Shown here one piece after another: positions 1-12,195 of a DNA stretch of 64,000 bases (its first letter is position 1; each line of letters opens with the position of its first letter). The position numbers and the translations under genes were made by a program. Under the pieces are notes generated by a model, which made no database searches, had not been told where the DNA came from, and saw only the letters and a program-made list of their open reading frames with translations. This DNA is from Paramecium tetraurelia (lineage: Eukaryota): positions 1 through 64,000 of the forward strand of contig CT868485.1 of the NCBI GenBank assembly GCA_000165425.1. The letters are read 5' to 3'.

Positions 1-1
1 C

Positions 2-3000
2 AGCATGGGCAGATCTAAACCAGTTAATTAATATTAATTAAATAATTAGTAACAATTAAAGACTTCTTAAAAGTAGAACAATTAAGATGAATAATCAATA
101 AATACTAATTTGTAATTGTAAAATCAAGAAGGAGGTTAAATATAGTAGAATATAATATAATCTTAATCAACAAATAATAATAGAGAAGTAATAAGAAAAG
201 AACCATTATTAAATAATTTATAAAAATAAGTATCAACTAGCACTAATAATTAATAACCTCTAAATTAATCAATAAATAATAAAAATGATTAACCTATATA
301 AATATCAACTAACACTAATAACGAATAACCAATTAACTAACAAATAAATAATAAGAATGTTTAACCTATATAAATATCAAGTAACACTAATAATAAATAA
401 CCACTAAACTAACCTATAAATAATAATAATGTTTAATTAAAATAGATACCAACTAAAACTAATAATGAATAACCAATAAACTAATAAATGAATAATAAAA
501 ATGTTTAATTTACATAAGCAATAACTAATACAAATACTGGTTTATTATTTGGATAACTCCCTAAATTTAATAATTTGTTATTCTAATAAGCATCCACTAG
601 CACTAATAATGAATAACCACTAAACTAACCAATAAATAATAAGAATTTATAATTTACATAAATATCAACTAATAATAATAATGAACAACCATTAAACTAA
701 TAAATGAATAATTAAAATGTTTAATTTACATAAATATCAACTAACACTAATAATGAATAACCATTAAACTAATAAATGAATATATAAAAATGTTTAATTT
801 ACATAAGCAATAACTAATACTAATACTGGTTTATTATTTGGATAACTCCCTAAATTTAATAACTTGTTATTCTAATAAGCATCCACTCGCACTAATAATG
901 AATAACCACTAAACTAACCAATAAATAATAAAAATGTTTAATTTACATAAATATCAACTAACACCAATAATGAACAACCATTAAACTAATAAATGAATAA
1001 TTAAAATGTTTAATTTACATAAATATCAACTAACACTAATAATGAATAACCATTAAACTAATAAATGAATAATTAAAATGTTTAATTTACATAAATATCA
1101 ACTAACACTAATAATGAATAACCATTAAACTAATAAATGAATAATTAAAATGTTTAATTTACATAAATATCAACTAAACACTAATAATGAACAACCATTA
1201 AACTAATAAATGAATAATAAAAATGTTTAATTTACATAAGCAATAACTAATACTAATACTGGTTTATTATTTGGATAACTCCCTAAATTTAATAACTTGT
1301 TATTCTAATAAGCATCCACTCGCACTAATAATGAATAACCACTAAACTAACCAATAAATAATAAAAATGTTTAATTTACATAAATATCAACTAACACTAA
1401 TAATGAATAACCATTAAACTAATAAATGAATAATTAAAATGTTTAATTTACATAAATATCAACTAACACTAATAATGAACAACCATTAAACTAATAAATG
1501 AATAATAAAAATGTTTAATTTACATAAATATCAACTAACACCAATAATGAACAACCATTAAACTAATAAATGAATAATTAAAATGTATAATTTACATAAA
1601 TATCAACTAACACCAATAATGAACAACCATTAAACTAATAAATGAATAATTAAAATGTTTAATTTACATAAATATCAACTAACACTAATAATGAATAACC
1701 ACTAAACTAACCAATAAATAATAAGAATTTATAATTTACATAAATATCAACTAACAATAATAATGAATAACCATTAAACTAATAAATGAATAATTAAAAT
1801 GTTTAATTTACATAAATATCAACTAACACTAATAATGAATAACCATTAAACTAATAAATGAATAATAAAAATGTTTAATTCACATAACCAATAACTAATA
1901 CTAATACTGGTTTATTATTTGGATAACTCCCTAAATTTAATAATTTGTTATTCTAATAAGCATCCACTCGCACTAATAATGAATAACCACTAAACTAACC
2001 AATAAATAATAAAAATGTTTAATTTACATAAATATCAACTAACACTAATAATGAACAACCATTAAACTAATAAATGAATAATTAAAATGTTTAATTTACA
2101 TAAATATCAACTAACACCAATAATGAATAACCACTAAACTAACCAATAAATAATAAGAATTTATAATTTACATAAATATCAACTAATACTAATAATGAAT
2201 AACCACTAAACTAACCAATAAATAATAAGAATTTATAATTTACATAAATATCAACTAACACTAATAATGAACAACCACTAAATTAATCAATAAATATTAC
2301 AAATGTTTAATTTACATCAGTATCAACTAACACTAATAATGAATAAAAACCAAGTTAATAATCTTAAGCATCAACTCATACTTAATGTTTTTAACAATAA
2401 TAGCAATCTTCCATTTATATCTATAATTGCTTTCATTAAAAAAATTCATACTAATAAAATAGTTAAAATTAAAACTAACCATTAAATCAATCAGCCTCTT
2501 TTAAAAGTCAATAAATTTAACCTTATGACAATTGCAACTAATCAAATTTATCTTTTTAATAATCTTAATAAATTCCCATTATTAATCGTCCTTAAATTTA
2601 AGTTTTACACTTAAATGAAAATAATATGTCATAACAACCAAATACAAATACTAGTTAAAAATCACGGTTATTATTTCCAATTTTTATTCCTACTTCAAAT
2701 TCAGCATACAATCAATAAGAACTTAATAATTAAGACGATTTACTATTTGATGATAATTTCTTTTTTAACCTATCTTTTTTAACGCCAATATCGCACCTTA
2801 TTAATACTAGTCGCTTTACTCATTTAAATCGATCATACAATAGTACAAAAGAATCGAATACAAAACTAACATCAACATAGTATAATTAATTAATATCTAT
2901 TGCTGAAAAACAACTTTATCAACAATGGAAGGAATATAAAAAACCCTTTAAATCGATCAATAAATTGTAATTTAGAATAATAGTAATAAATTAGAATGCA

Positions 3001-4464
3001 AAACAATAGTTCCTTGAAAATTTTGGATAACTATTATTGCAATTATCTTTTCTAAATTAGAATTATGATGTTATCTTATCTGGATAACATTAACCAGTAT
3101 TTTTGAAGCGAAAAGAAGAGGCTTTAACAATTTCTCTTCTTGATGAAATTTTACATACTTTGATTGGGAAAAGTAATAAGGAATTTAGTATTGTAAACGA
3201 GAATAGCATGAATAATAATGATTTTATTTTATTATTTACTGAATAATTATTAGAAATGTCAGCTACTTGTAAAACAGAATTATAAAATGAAGGAATCAAT
3301 ACGATAATTCAAATTTAAAATTACAATCAATTTAATACTATTAATATTAAAAATGGATAAATTATCAGTAGTTCAAATAATTTATTAGAATTTTTAAATT
3401 AAATAGATAAAAAATAGCCATTAATGAAAACATAAAGGTTATAAGGCAATCAAGAAAAGGAAGAATTAAAATAAAAAATGAATGAATATGGTTTCTAGAT
3501 AGACTCAAAAGAAGCAAATAGCTTAAAAGGACTGTTAGAGATAAATACATTTACAAAATATTCTTTATCATCAAAAGGAACCACTATAGATATAAAAGGC
3601 ATCATCAAATTTTTTTGTACTAACGGAACTGCTAGAGACATTATGAGGAGAAAAAATAGAGGGGGAAAGTCACTTTATGTTTTTTATGTAATTTTAGATT
3701 TAAGTTCAATTTAGAAGGAAACATTGTTAGAAATTGTATTACCGTTTTTATCTTAATTAATTGAACTATGTAGATAATATTAGATAATTTGTAATTTGAT
3801 GATTTTGAATAATCCGTTAATAATTATAAAGTCAAATTACGCTACTTTATGGACCGATTAGGAATATACTCTATTAATTGAAAAATTAATTGATTACCAA
3901 GATGAAGCTTCAAAAGATTATTCTGATCCATAATTATAATAAATATTTGATTAGTTTGAAAGATTTTGCCATTACAAAAAATATTTGATATTTATCAATC
4001 ACTCTTTTTATGACTATTAATTCAAGGAACTTTAATAATTGATAAATATGGCCTAATAAAAGCAAATTAAAATTATCTCTTTAGGGGCAGATATAAAGAA
4101 ATATATCAATCGTTCAATTGAGGGAATTATTTAGTATTCATTAAATCACTCAAAGGAATCATATAAAATTATAAAAAATATGTTCAGCAAAGTTTTGGAA
4201 GCAGAAACATTTAATGGGGACTTCTAGTTTTAGCAAAATAATCAATAATATCCAAGAAAATTATAACTTGAGAAGTATTGCTCAAAATAAGGTTAAGTTA
4301 ATTGTTACATGAATAAATATTTTAACTATCAAAAAGAAGGGGAATAAAATAAGGATAGGAAAATTGCTCTTATTGATCCCAAACTATTTCTTTTAATTAA
4401 GTTGATAGAATTGGAAAGATTGTTTCTTGAAATGGAATAATTAATGTAGAAACGAGGAAAATGA
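2..4464 (+). CDS. Large N/Q-rich protein: 24-aa tandem repeat region followed by a degenerate midasin-like vWA domain; may start upstream of the window; two +1 frameshifts inside the repeat
   Basis: Code-6 frame open from position 2 (SMGRSKPVNQYQ...), with 1-nt insertions at ~783 and ~1177, then open to TGA 4462-4464. C-terminal part reads KGTTIDIKGIIKFFCTNGTARDIMRRKNRGGKSLYVFYVILDLSS...KKYLIFINHS...KQIKIISLG. Confidence 0.7.
230..2345 (+). repeat. 72-bp coding tandem repeat, about 29 units, with 4 interspersed variant units
   Basis: Unit AATGTTTAATTTACATAAATATCAACTAACACTAATAATGAATAACCATTAAACTAATAAATGAATAATTAA recurs every 72 nt (e.g. 1021 then 1093). The variant unit encoding (A/P)ITNTNTGLLFGQLPKFNNLLFQQ starts at 518, 807, 1240 and 1888. 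Confidence 0.95.
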
Positions 4465-5488
4465 TATAAGATTTATATATAAAACTTTATTAAAATTGTT
4501 CCAAAAAAATATAGAATTAATAGGTTGTTCATTAATACAAATCCTGTTTATGTTTACCTATCCAAAATGTATAAATTTATATTTTAAAATCCTTTCCTTA
4601 CTGCAAATTTAAATTAAAATTACTATTTTTACATATATTAGTCAAAATATCCAAAATGTAATGTTACTGGGAACAATGTGAACCATGAAATAAAAAAAAA
4701 GTGAACTTAATTCTTCTTAGATATGCTCTCAAATATTGTTCTATTAACATTAAATCCAATTACTATAAGAATTTATTCTTAGTATAATGTTCATTTAATT
4801 TAAGGTTACTAGATATAACAATTAATTTTACTATAGAATAATGGCAATCAAGATTTATCTTCAAAATAATTTTCTGCTTCATTTAGGATAGATTAACAAT
4901 CTAACATAAAATAGTTTAATAAATTATAAATACAAAGAAAATGCCTGAGAGATACTATTATTGATAATTCTTCAGGTTTAATATTCCTTCCATCTAAATG
5001 TATTTTTAACCACGACCATCACCAAAATAATTGTCCCTTTTTGTAAATAACCTCTTTTTACCATATTCCAAAGAATGTGATAAAATTTAGTCATGCAATC
5101 AAGCAATTTATTGAATTCCTATCAGATTTCTAATTATTTTTTTATTAGTTATCAATCATCTTTGTTCCTTTATCTTTATTTGATAAGAATAAAATTATTA
5201 AAATACTAAAATATATTTATTTAATTCTGAATATTCCATTAACAATAATTTAACCTCGTTTTAAAAGATATCTGAATTTATCGATCCTTTTTCATAATGC
5301 TGGCTTTCTTCATCATATACATTTAGTATATCTGTCAAGTATTTTTGTTGATGTCATGTCATCTAAAATGTAACTACTTCCTCTATAAATTTTAAGATTG
5401 AATTCACTCGTGTTCAAATAAGTTATCCAAACTTTTTTCTGTATAGAAATTGATGTTTTTCCATTTTATTCAAATAAATTAATAAAAT

Positions 5489-6034
5489 ATGGGTTGCACT
5501 ACTGCAAAAATTCACGAGCCTCTAAGTTAAAGACTTAGGGAGAAAGCAAGTGAGATTTTTAAAAAGCTTGATATCAAAGGGACCGGAACTATCGACAAGG
5601 AAGGAACTGAATAGTTTTGGTAACCATTTAAATAACTTATTAAGGAAGTCCAATTTTGCAAAGTTAAACACAGAAGCACTATTTGAAAGCAGTTGATTTT
5701 GACAAGAGTGGAGACATTACAGAGGACGAGTGGATGGCATTTTGGGAGATTGTAAAAGAAAATGGGTACTCAGAGGAAGAAATAAATATAGAAGTAAAAA
5801 TTAGATTATTAAAGGAAGTTAGACGAATTGATGGATGGCAAAGCTTGGGTATAATTCAAAAGAGTGGACAGATTCTTAAAGATAGATGAAAAGAGAAGAG
5901 GTTCAAGGGTAAAGTCGATTGTGTAGGAAGAAAAGAGGAGACTCTCTATCATCTAGCCAGCACGATTATAAAAGAGCAAGACTATGTAAAGTGAGGGACA
6001 TGACATGCAGTAAGAAATTTAACAATAATCTTGA
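5489..6034 (+). CDS. Small EF-hand calcium-binding protein with N-terminal MGC acylation motif; one +1 frameshift at ~5685
   Basis: MGCTTAKIHEPL...FKKLDIKGTGTIDKE and AVDFDKSGDITEDEW EF-hand loops; introns 5620-5644 and 5794-5818; TGA 6032-6034. Confidence 0.85.
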
Positions 6035-6055
6035 TTATATTTTTAATTACATATA

Positions 6056-7087
6056 TCATAGTTAAATAAAATTGAAGTCTTCAACTACAACTGGCTCATC
6101 TTCATCCTCCGCCTAAACGACATCTTGTACAAATTTGACTTTGATTAACTCTTTCAATTTATTACATCTTTGGATTAACTAATATTAGTTTTGGAAGATT
6201 ACCTTCTATCTAATCAAATTTGGATTGTCATTCTATGATAATTCGATCAAGTTTTTAATGCATGATTAGATGAAATTGCTTGAACTAATGGGATCAACAA
6301 AGAAATCGTTTGGCATTTGTTGTAGCTAATGGTAAAATACAGGGATGAAGTCAATAAAAAAACTAGTTTATTCTTCTATCAATCTTTCACAGGATGTAAT
6401 TAGAATTAATAGTTATTTCCATTGTTCGAATGACTCAAAATGTTCTCCCAATAAAAACTTAACGAATGCATATTAGATTTCTCCCAAAAGCAGAGAATAT
6501 TCATTTTGATATTCTGATTTCAATAATTCTTCTACTATTGTGGACTTATCAAAATTTAAGGCTGTCAATTATTATCCATGAGATTTGCTTGGGTTCTTTA
6601 ATTTAGGTATATCGGTATAATAGATTGTAGAATGCAAAGGGTTGTTGCTTCCAATGTCTTTGTCATTGTATTCTTCAACACATACATTTTTGATTGGATC
6701 CAATTTGTCTAAGACTTTTCTATTGATCAGATTCACACATTATTTCCATACTTCATACTTATCCATTGGATAAATACCCAAATACAAATCGAAGTCATGC
6801 ATTTCTAAAGTGTGTATGTATGGTGCACAATCCTTGAAAGTAAGGAATTCTTATAATTCACTATTCCATTGCTTTACCAGATATTTGTTTTCTGGTGAAA
6901 CTATGAAGAAGAATCCTTACTTGAATTGATAGCCTTCTTCCTTTAGCGAATAATGAACATAGTGGGTACCAAAGGGTATGCCTTGTACTCCTTTGAACTT
7001 CTTTCCAACTATCCATTGGGAATTATCAATTCCGAATTAGAGATTCTCAGGTGAGTCAAGTAGAAGAAGAATGCCTAATTAATTCAT
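6056..7087 (-). CDS. AAR2: AAR2 (U5 snRNP/Prp8 assembly factor) homolog
   Basis: [47 protein letters not shown]...GFF matches the AAR2 N-terminal signature; acidic C-terminus EEDEPVVVE. Confidence 0.9.
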
Positions 7088-7488
7088 TATTAATATTTTT
7101 ATTAATAGGCCTAAATTTGGCGTTGTAATCTATTCACATTCGATTTCATTCTATTCATTTGAGTCTATTCAGCATTCTAAACGATTTCGTAATCAATCAG
7201 CGGTTGGGAATAGCGGGGATCGAATTCTTCTTCCTTGATCACTTAGAATTTATTCAATTCAAACTATCTGATGTTCACGCGAACTTGATCTAAGTTTTTG
7301 TCGATTCTGCTCATCAACTCTAATAAGTCTTATAAGCCATCTCCAGAATCAGGGAATAGTAATACAGGTTTCTCCTTGGACCAATTGTCAACTGGTATTT
7401 CAAATGATTTATGTAACACATCTTCTAATGTTTCAGCAGAGTTCTTAAGTAAGGCGTATACCTTCAGGATTTCTTCGTCAATATTCAT
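7084..7488 (-). CDS. Hypothetical 134-aa helical protein whose TGA overlaps the AAR2 ATG
   Basis: Intronless 405-nt code-6 ORF MNIDEEILKVYALLKNSAETLEDVLHKSFE...QRQIQAYQQKYQQ*. Confidence 0.75.
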
Positions 7489-7697
7489 AATAATCAACTT
7501 GGTGACATTTGTAAAAACTATATAAATTTATCAAATTCCTTAAAATAATTAGATAAAAATATTCTTGATTTTTGTATTAGCAAATTTATTAGCAAAGTGA
7601 GATAGTTTACAAGTTAAAATTAAGGTCTGTTTAGTCAGAAGAAGAAATTTGTTATATCTAATATTATTAGTAGCAATAATTTATATTAATTTAATCT

Positions 7698-9111
7698 ATG
7701 AATTTATAATTATAATAAGGACAAATAGTCACTGATAATTTAAGCTAAATATCCTAATTGAGCACGAGAGCACCCACAGTAATAAATCAGCAGCAGGAAT
7801 CATTGCCATTTATATCCTATACAACAGAGAATGTTGACAGATAATAAAAACTATAGAAAGAAAATAGAAACTAATGGCAGAAGCACGTAAATTGATGGTG
7901 CCTACTCAGGAAAATGAGATCAAGTCATAGTTAAGATAATTAGGGTAGCTAGTAACTTATTTTGGTGAAGGTGCTGCTGATAGGGGATAGCGACTACACT
8001 CATTGTTAACAGAACACTTGATGTAATACGGGAGATTGCCTTAGTTTTTTAACAATAGAACAATCATAATATGGGTAATTTAGAGAATGAATACTTCTTA
8101 TATGAGTGTGTTGAATAATTGAGGGCTGCCAAGTTATCTTTTCACAATGCAGCACTAAGAGTTGGGAAACAGAGATTAAGAAGATTGACTGTTGAGGCTT
8201 TATAAGAAGGTTAAGGGGTGTTGGAGGAAATGTAGAAAGTAAACCAGTGGATCTGGAGAATGTAAATTGTGGGACATTCAAACTGCCTCACTAAAGTCAA
8301 GTTTTTCGTACATTTAACTAAGTGTCATTCTGTTGCTTTTCATCCTTAATCTTTATTAACAATATCTCCGTAATCCTTTGCCAATGTTGCCACTGCATCA
8401 GCTGATCTGTCAATTAGATTATGGACATTGGATTTGGATTAGTAAGAGGTAGAGAATTTGGCAATGCTGTAAAAGTCGATTGGATTGAAAGGCCATGAAG
8501 ACAGGATAAACAAAGTAATATTTCATTAGGATGGTGAAGGATTGATAAGTATGGGTTTTGATAAGACATGGAGATTATGAGATATAGAAACTTAAACTGA
8601 ATCAATGGTCTAGACTGGACATTCCAGGGAAATCTACTCAGGAGCCTTGCATCCAGATGGTTCCTTATTGTTTACAGGGGATTTAGGAGGATTTGGATAG
8701 ATTTGAGAATAGGCAAAGGCATTTTGCCATTTGTTGGTCATGTCAAAGGAATATTAGCTAGGGATTTCAATACGAACGGTTATCATCTAGCAACTGGTGG
8801 AGATGATAACTTCATAAGGGTTTGGATATAAGAAGAAGAAATGTGATAGAAAAGATACCTGCGCATAATAAATTGGTGAGTGATCTAAAATTTAGCCAAT
8901 TTATAGTAAATTTTTATTAGTGCTTCTTATGATGGAAACATAAAATTTTTGAATTCTTAGGGATTGGAGTTTGCATTCTGTATACAAGACATCTGATACA
9001 AAAGTAAGAAATGATTAGTATGTATTTTAGCACACATCTATTTGTATAACAAATGATATAAAGACGATGGTATCCACAGGGTTGGACAGGAAATTCGTAA
9101 TTTGGTAATGA
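7698..9111 (+). pseudogene. PRP4: Decayed PRP4 (U4/U6 snRNP WD40 protein)
   Basis: SFM motif VPTQENEIKSQLRQLGQLVTYFGEGAADRGQRL and WD repeats (ATASADLSIRLW, GHEDRINKVIFH, GHSREIYSGALHPDGSLLFTG, LATGGDDNFIRV). Frameshifts at ~7860, ~8050 and later; in-frame TGA at Trp positions 8578-8580 and 8704-8706. Confidence 0.85.
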
Positions 9112-9219
9112 TTTTTATAATTAATTAATTATGATAATAGAATATTATGATAAACAATAATTGGTTGTCTATTGTAATATTCAGCAATCTTACCAAAGCA
9201 TTTTTATATAAAATAATAA

Positions 9220-11990
9220 ATGGAATATCCATAATTTTTGGGCAACACCATAAAATTTGATTTGTTCAAAAAGCCACCCCTGAAGGAATACGCATTGAAA
9301 CACAAGGTTACAACATATAAGATTTTAGTTAGCCACCAGTTGCGGTTATAGTTTCGAGAATTCTGAGTATTGTCCATGTTGTGGACTCAGCGTTTCCAAA
9401 ATTTCCCTGCCCTTATCAATTAAGATCTTAGACTTGGCCTTCTTGGGTTAAGGGGTTCCCTTATTCTTTAATCAAATGATTTTGGTAATTGTGATATACT
9501 CTTTGATGTTGGCATGTTTTATGGTTCCAAACATAGTCTTCAACGTTTTGGGGAACGACTGCATTTCAAAGGATAACTACGCGTATGTGTTGTGGCAATA
9601 ACAGGGTTGTGAATAGAACTGCCCATTGGAACACGAGGATTTCAATTATTTCACTAAGATCTTTTCGGATTGTTCATAGATTTGCCATCATTACACAAAG
9701 GTTTGTCTTCGTTCTCAGATGTCCCAATTGTCATTCATCAATAAGCAAGCCGAAAGTTAATAGAAAGTAATTCAATCCTCTATTTTGCTGTGTTCAGTTA
9801 TCATAATGAAAATATCAATGGTGTTGATAAGGGAAAAGTAGAAACGAGTTGAGTTTGCAATAGATAAGGAACTGTTGTCGCCTTCTGATTTTACAGCCAT
9901 TTTGAATCACCTGCCAAAAAATAACTATGATGAGAAGGAGTTGAAACATGCACTGGAGGAGTATTGCAAGTAATTCGATCCCGATAACAATTACGAAGTA
10001 GTTAAAGTTAACATAGCTTATGATATATCTTAATTTATTGATAAGGGCAGGGAAAAGCTCAAGTTGGAGAAGCAATTGTAACAGAGTAAGACAAAAAACA
10101 GAGAAAAATTAATTAATTAAATTAAGGAGATTTCTCAACTTTAATAGATAATTGAATACGAAATTGAAAATGGATGTTACAGATAAACTACACCCATAGC
10201 ATTCATTACATTTTAAACGAAGAAGTGTAAGTTAAAGATCTAATAAAAATAGAGCTAAAAAGTCTATTGGAGTAGACTAAATTATCATATTGGGAAGCCT
10301 TTATGATTGCTGTCAAATCTTTGATCAAGAAAAAGGATAGCAAGGGGTTCTATTTCAAAGGAGAACTAATCTATATAAATAGAGCACCTGAGCCAGATGA
10401 TGTGTTTTGGGAGAATTGTGGTGTCGATTAGAATACACAGCTAAAGAGGAAGATACTCAGTTGGTTCGTGATTCTGTTTTTACTTGGGTTTTCTCTTGGC
10501 ATATTATATGGTTTAAATGCATTTTAAGTAATCGTCATCAATAAACATAGAATAGTTTCTTACAGTCTGATAATAACTAATTTTTGGTCACGACCATGGT
10601 GTCATTCTCTAAATCATTAATAATCGCACTAGTAGAGGGTCTCATATATTACTTTATCACACTCTTGGCGAATTAGGAGAGACACGTAACCAAAACTCAT
10701 CAAGACACATCCATAGCATAGAAATTAAGTTATGTGCAATTTGTGAATTCCTGTTTGCTTTTGATGATAATTAACATCATAGGTGCATACAACCCATAGC
10801 TGAAATATCAACCGAATCAACTGAGCAATCTAGCAGTTCAATAATAGGGAGGCATTGCTGATGACTTCTTGTATGTTTCAGGGACAAATGCCATTCTCAT
10901 CCCTTTGTCTTTGTACTTCAACCCTCTTTATTTGCTTAAGAAAATTAGACAATTACGAATTGAGAAAAACAAGGATCTGGATTAATATTAAGCAAATAAA
11001 CTATTTGAGGGTCCTTAAGTCGAATTTTATGATCAGTACTCGTACCTCTGTAAAACAACTTGGCTTACTTTTTTTTTCGCTCCTCTGATCCCAATATCTA
11101 TATTATTTGGGTAAGTGGGATTGGTGAGTTATTATTGGATTGAGAAGTATCTTTTATTGAGAAGAAACTCGAAGCCTCCTTTCTAAAGTAGTCATCTCGA
11201 CTCAGAAATGCTATACTTAATAGATTTGAGTCCAATTCTATTTGCTACTATGCAATTTTGGGTAGATTTCGTATTCAATTCAAGTAAGCTTTGTCAATCC
11301 TTGAATTTGGCTTCAATTGTGCTGGCAGGATTAGAAATCATAGTTCCAACTTACAGAATTCATAGAATGCTGTTTAAGGATCTTAATGAGGAGGAAGATT
11401 CAGTTAGGTACGAGGATGTCTATTTGAAATTACCGACTGATTATGATAGAACGAATCCATTGACTTAGCAAAATGCCATTTCTGAATTTGTGAGAAACAA
11501 AGTGAAGAGACAGACATCTCCATTGAGGATGTAATTGTCTCAGAATTTGGGAAATTCTCGTTAAAGGAAGAATTAAGCTTTGCAAGATTTGATTTATAAG
11601 GGAGTTTGCGAACCGAAGAAGATAAGGATGAAGATATTGAAGTAAAAGTTATAGTTGGTTTTGAAGATGAGGAGATTTATCAGACCATCTATGTTACAGG
11701 AGGGACAGAAGGAAATGAATTTGGATGGTCTTGAAAAAGTAGATTCTTTGAGATCGAGTTATTAGAACTCACCAACATATTTGAAAACTCCTGAATATAA
11801 CTTTTATTCATTCGTGCACACTAAACCAAGATTGAGAACCATCTTGAGAAAAAATGAAACTATGGATATCAATTCAATCTCCTCTTAAAATCAGAGTGCT
11901 TATTTGAATACTCCACAATATTATTTTGGTTCTAAAAAGAATTCGAGTTGCGCATAAAGATAGAACAACAAGAGACTAACATAATCATGA
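9220..11990 (+). CDS. OSCA/TMEM63 (CSC1-like) multi-pass ion channel
   Basis: Motifs SPSDFTAILNHLP, AFITF, RAPEPDDVFWEN, many hydrophobic segments, YWIEKYLLLR, YLKLPTDYDRTNP; several short introns (first 9307-9328). Confidence 0.8.
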
Positions 11991-12045
11991 ATAAATATTT
12001 ATAAATTTCTTGTATTTTATTTATCCATATTACTATTTATATAGA

Positions 12046-12051
<6 letters not shown>

Positions 12052-12099
<48 letters not shown>
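12052..12099. repeat. (TTA)16 microsatellite, intergenic
   Basis: Perfect TTA run of 48 nt. Confidence 0.95.
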
Positions 12100-12101
<2 letters not shown>

Positions 12102-12195
12102 AGAAGGAAATTGAAATGATTATATAATTACTAAGAGACAGATAAATTATTAACAGAATTTTCAAGAAATTTTTATAATATTATTATTAATTATT

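Noticed and set aside
230..2345. CRISPR-like array interpretation of the periodic repeat
   Set aside because: There are no unique spacers; units are contiguous, a multiple of 3 and in frame within a eukaryotic CDS; no cas genes.
4720..5465. Possible minus-strand gene remnant
   Set aside because: Coding-like runs are broken by TGA in all frames and show no recognisable motif.
8578..8706. TGA read as Trp or Sec in PRP4
   Set aside because: The same gene has frameshifts and deletions, all intact genes end in TGA, and no SECIS element was recognised.
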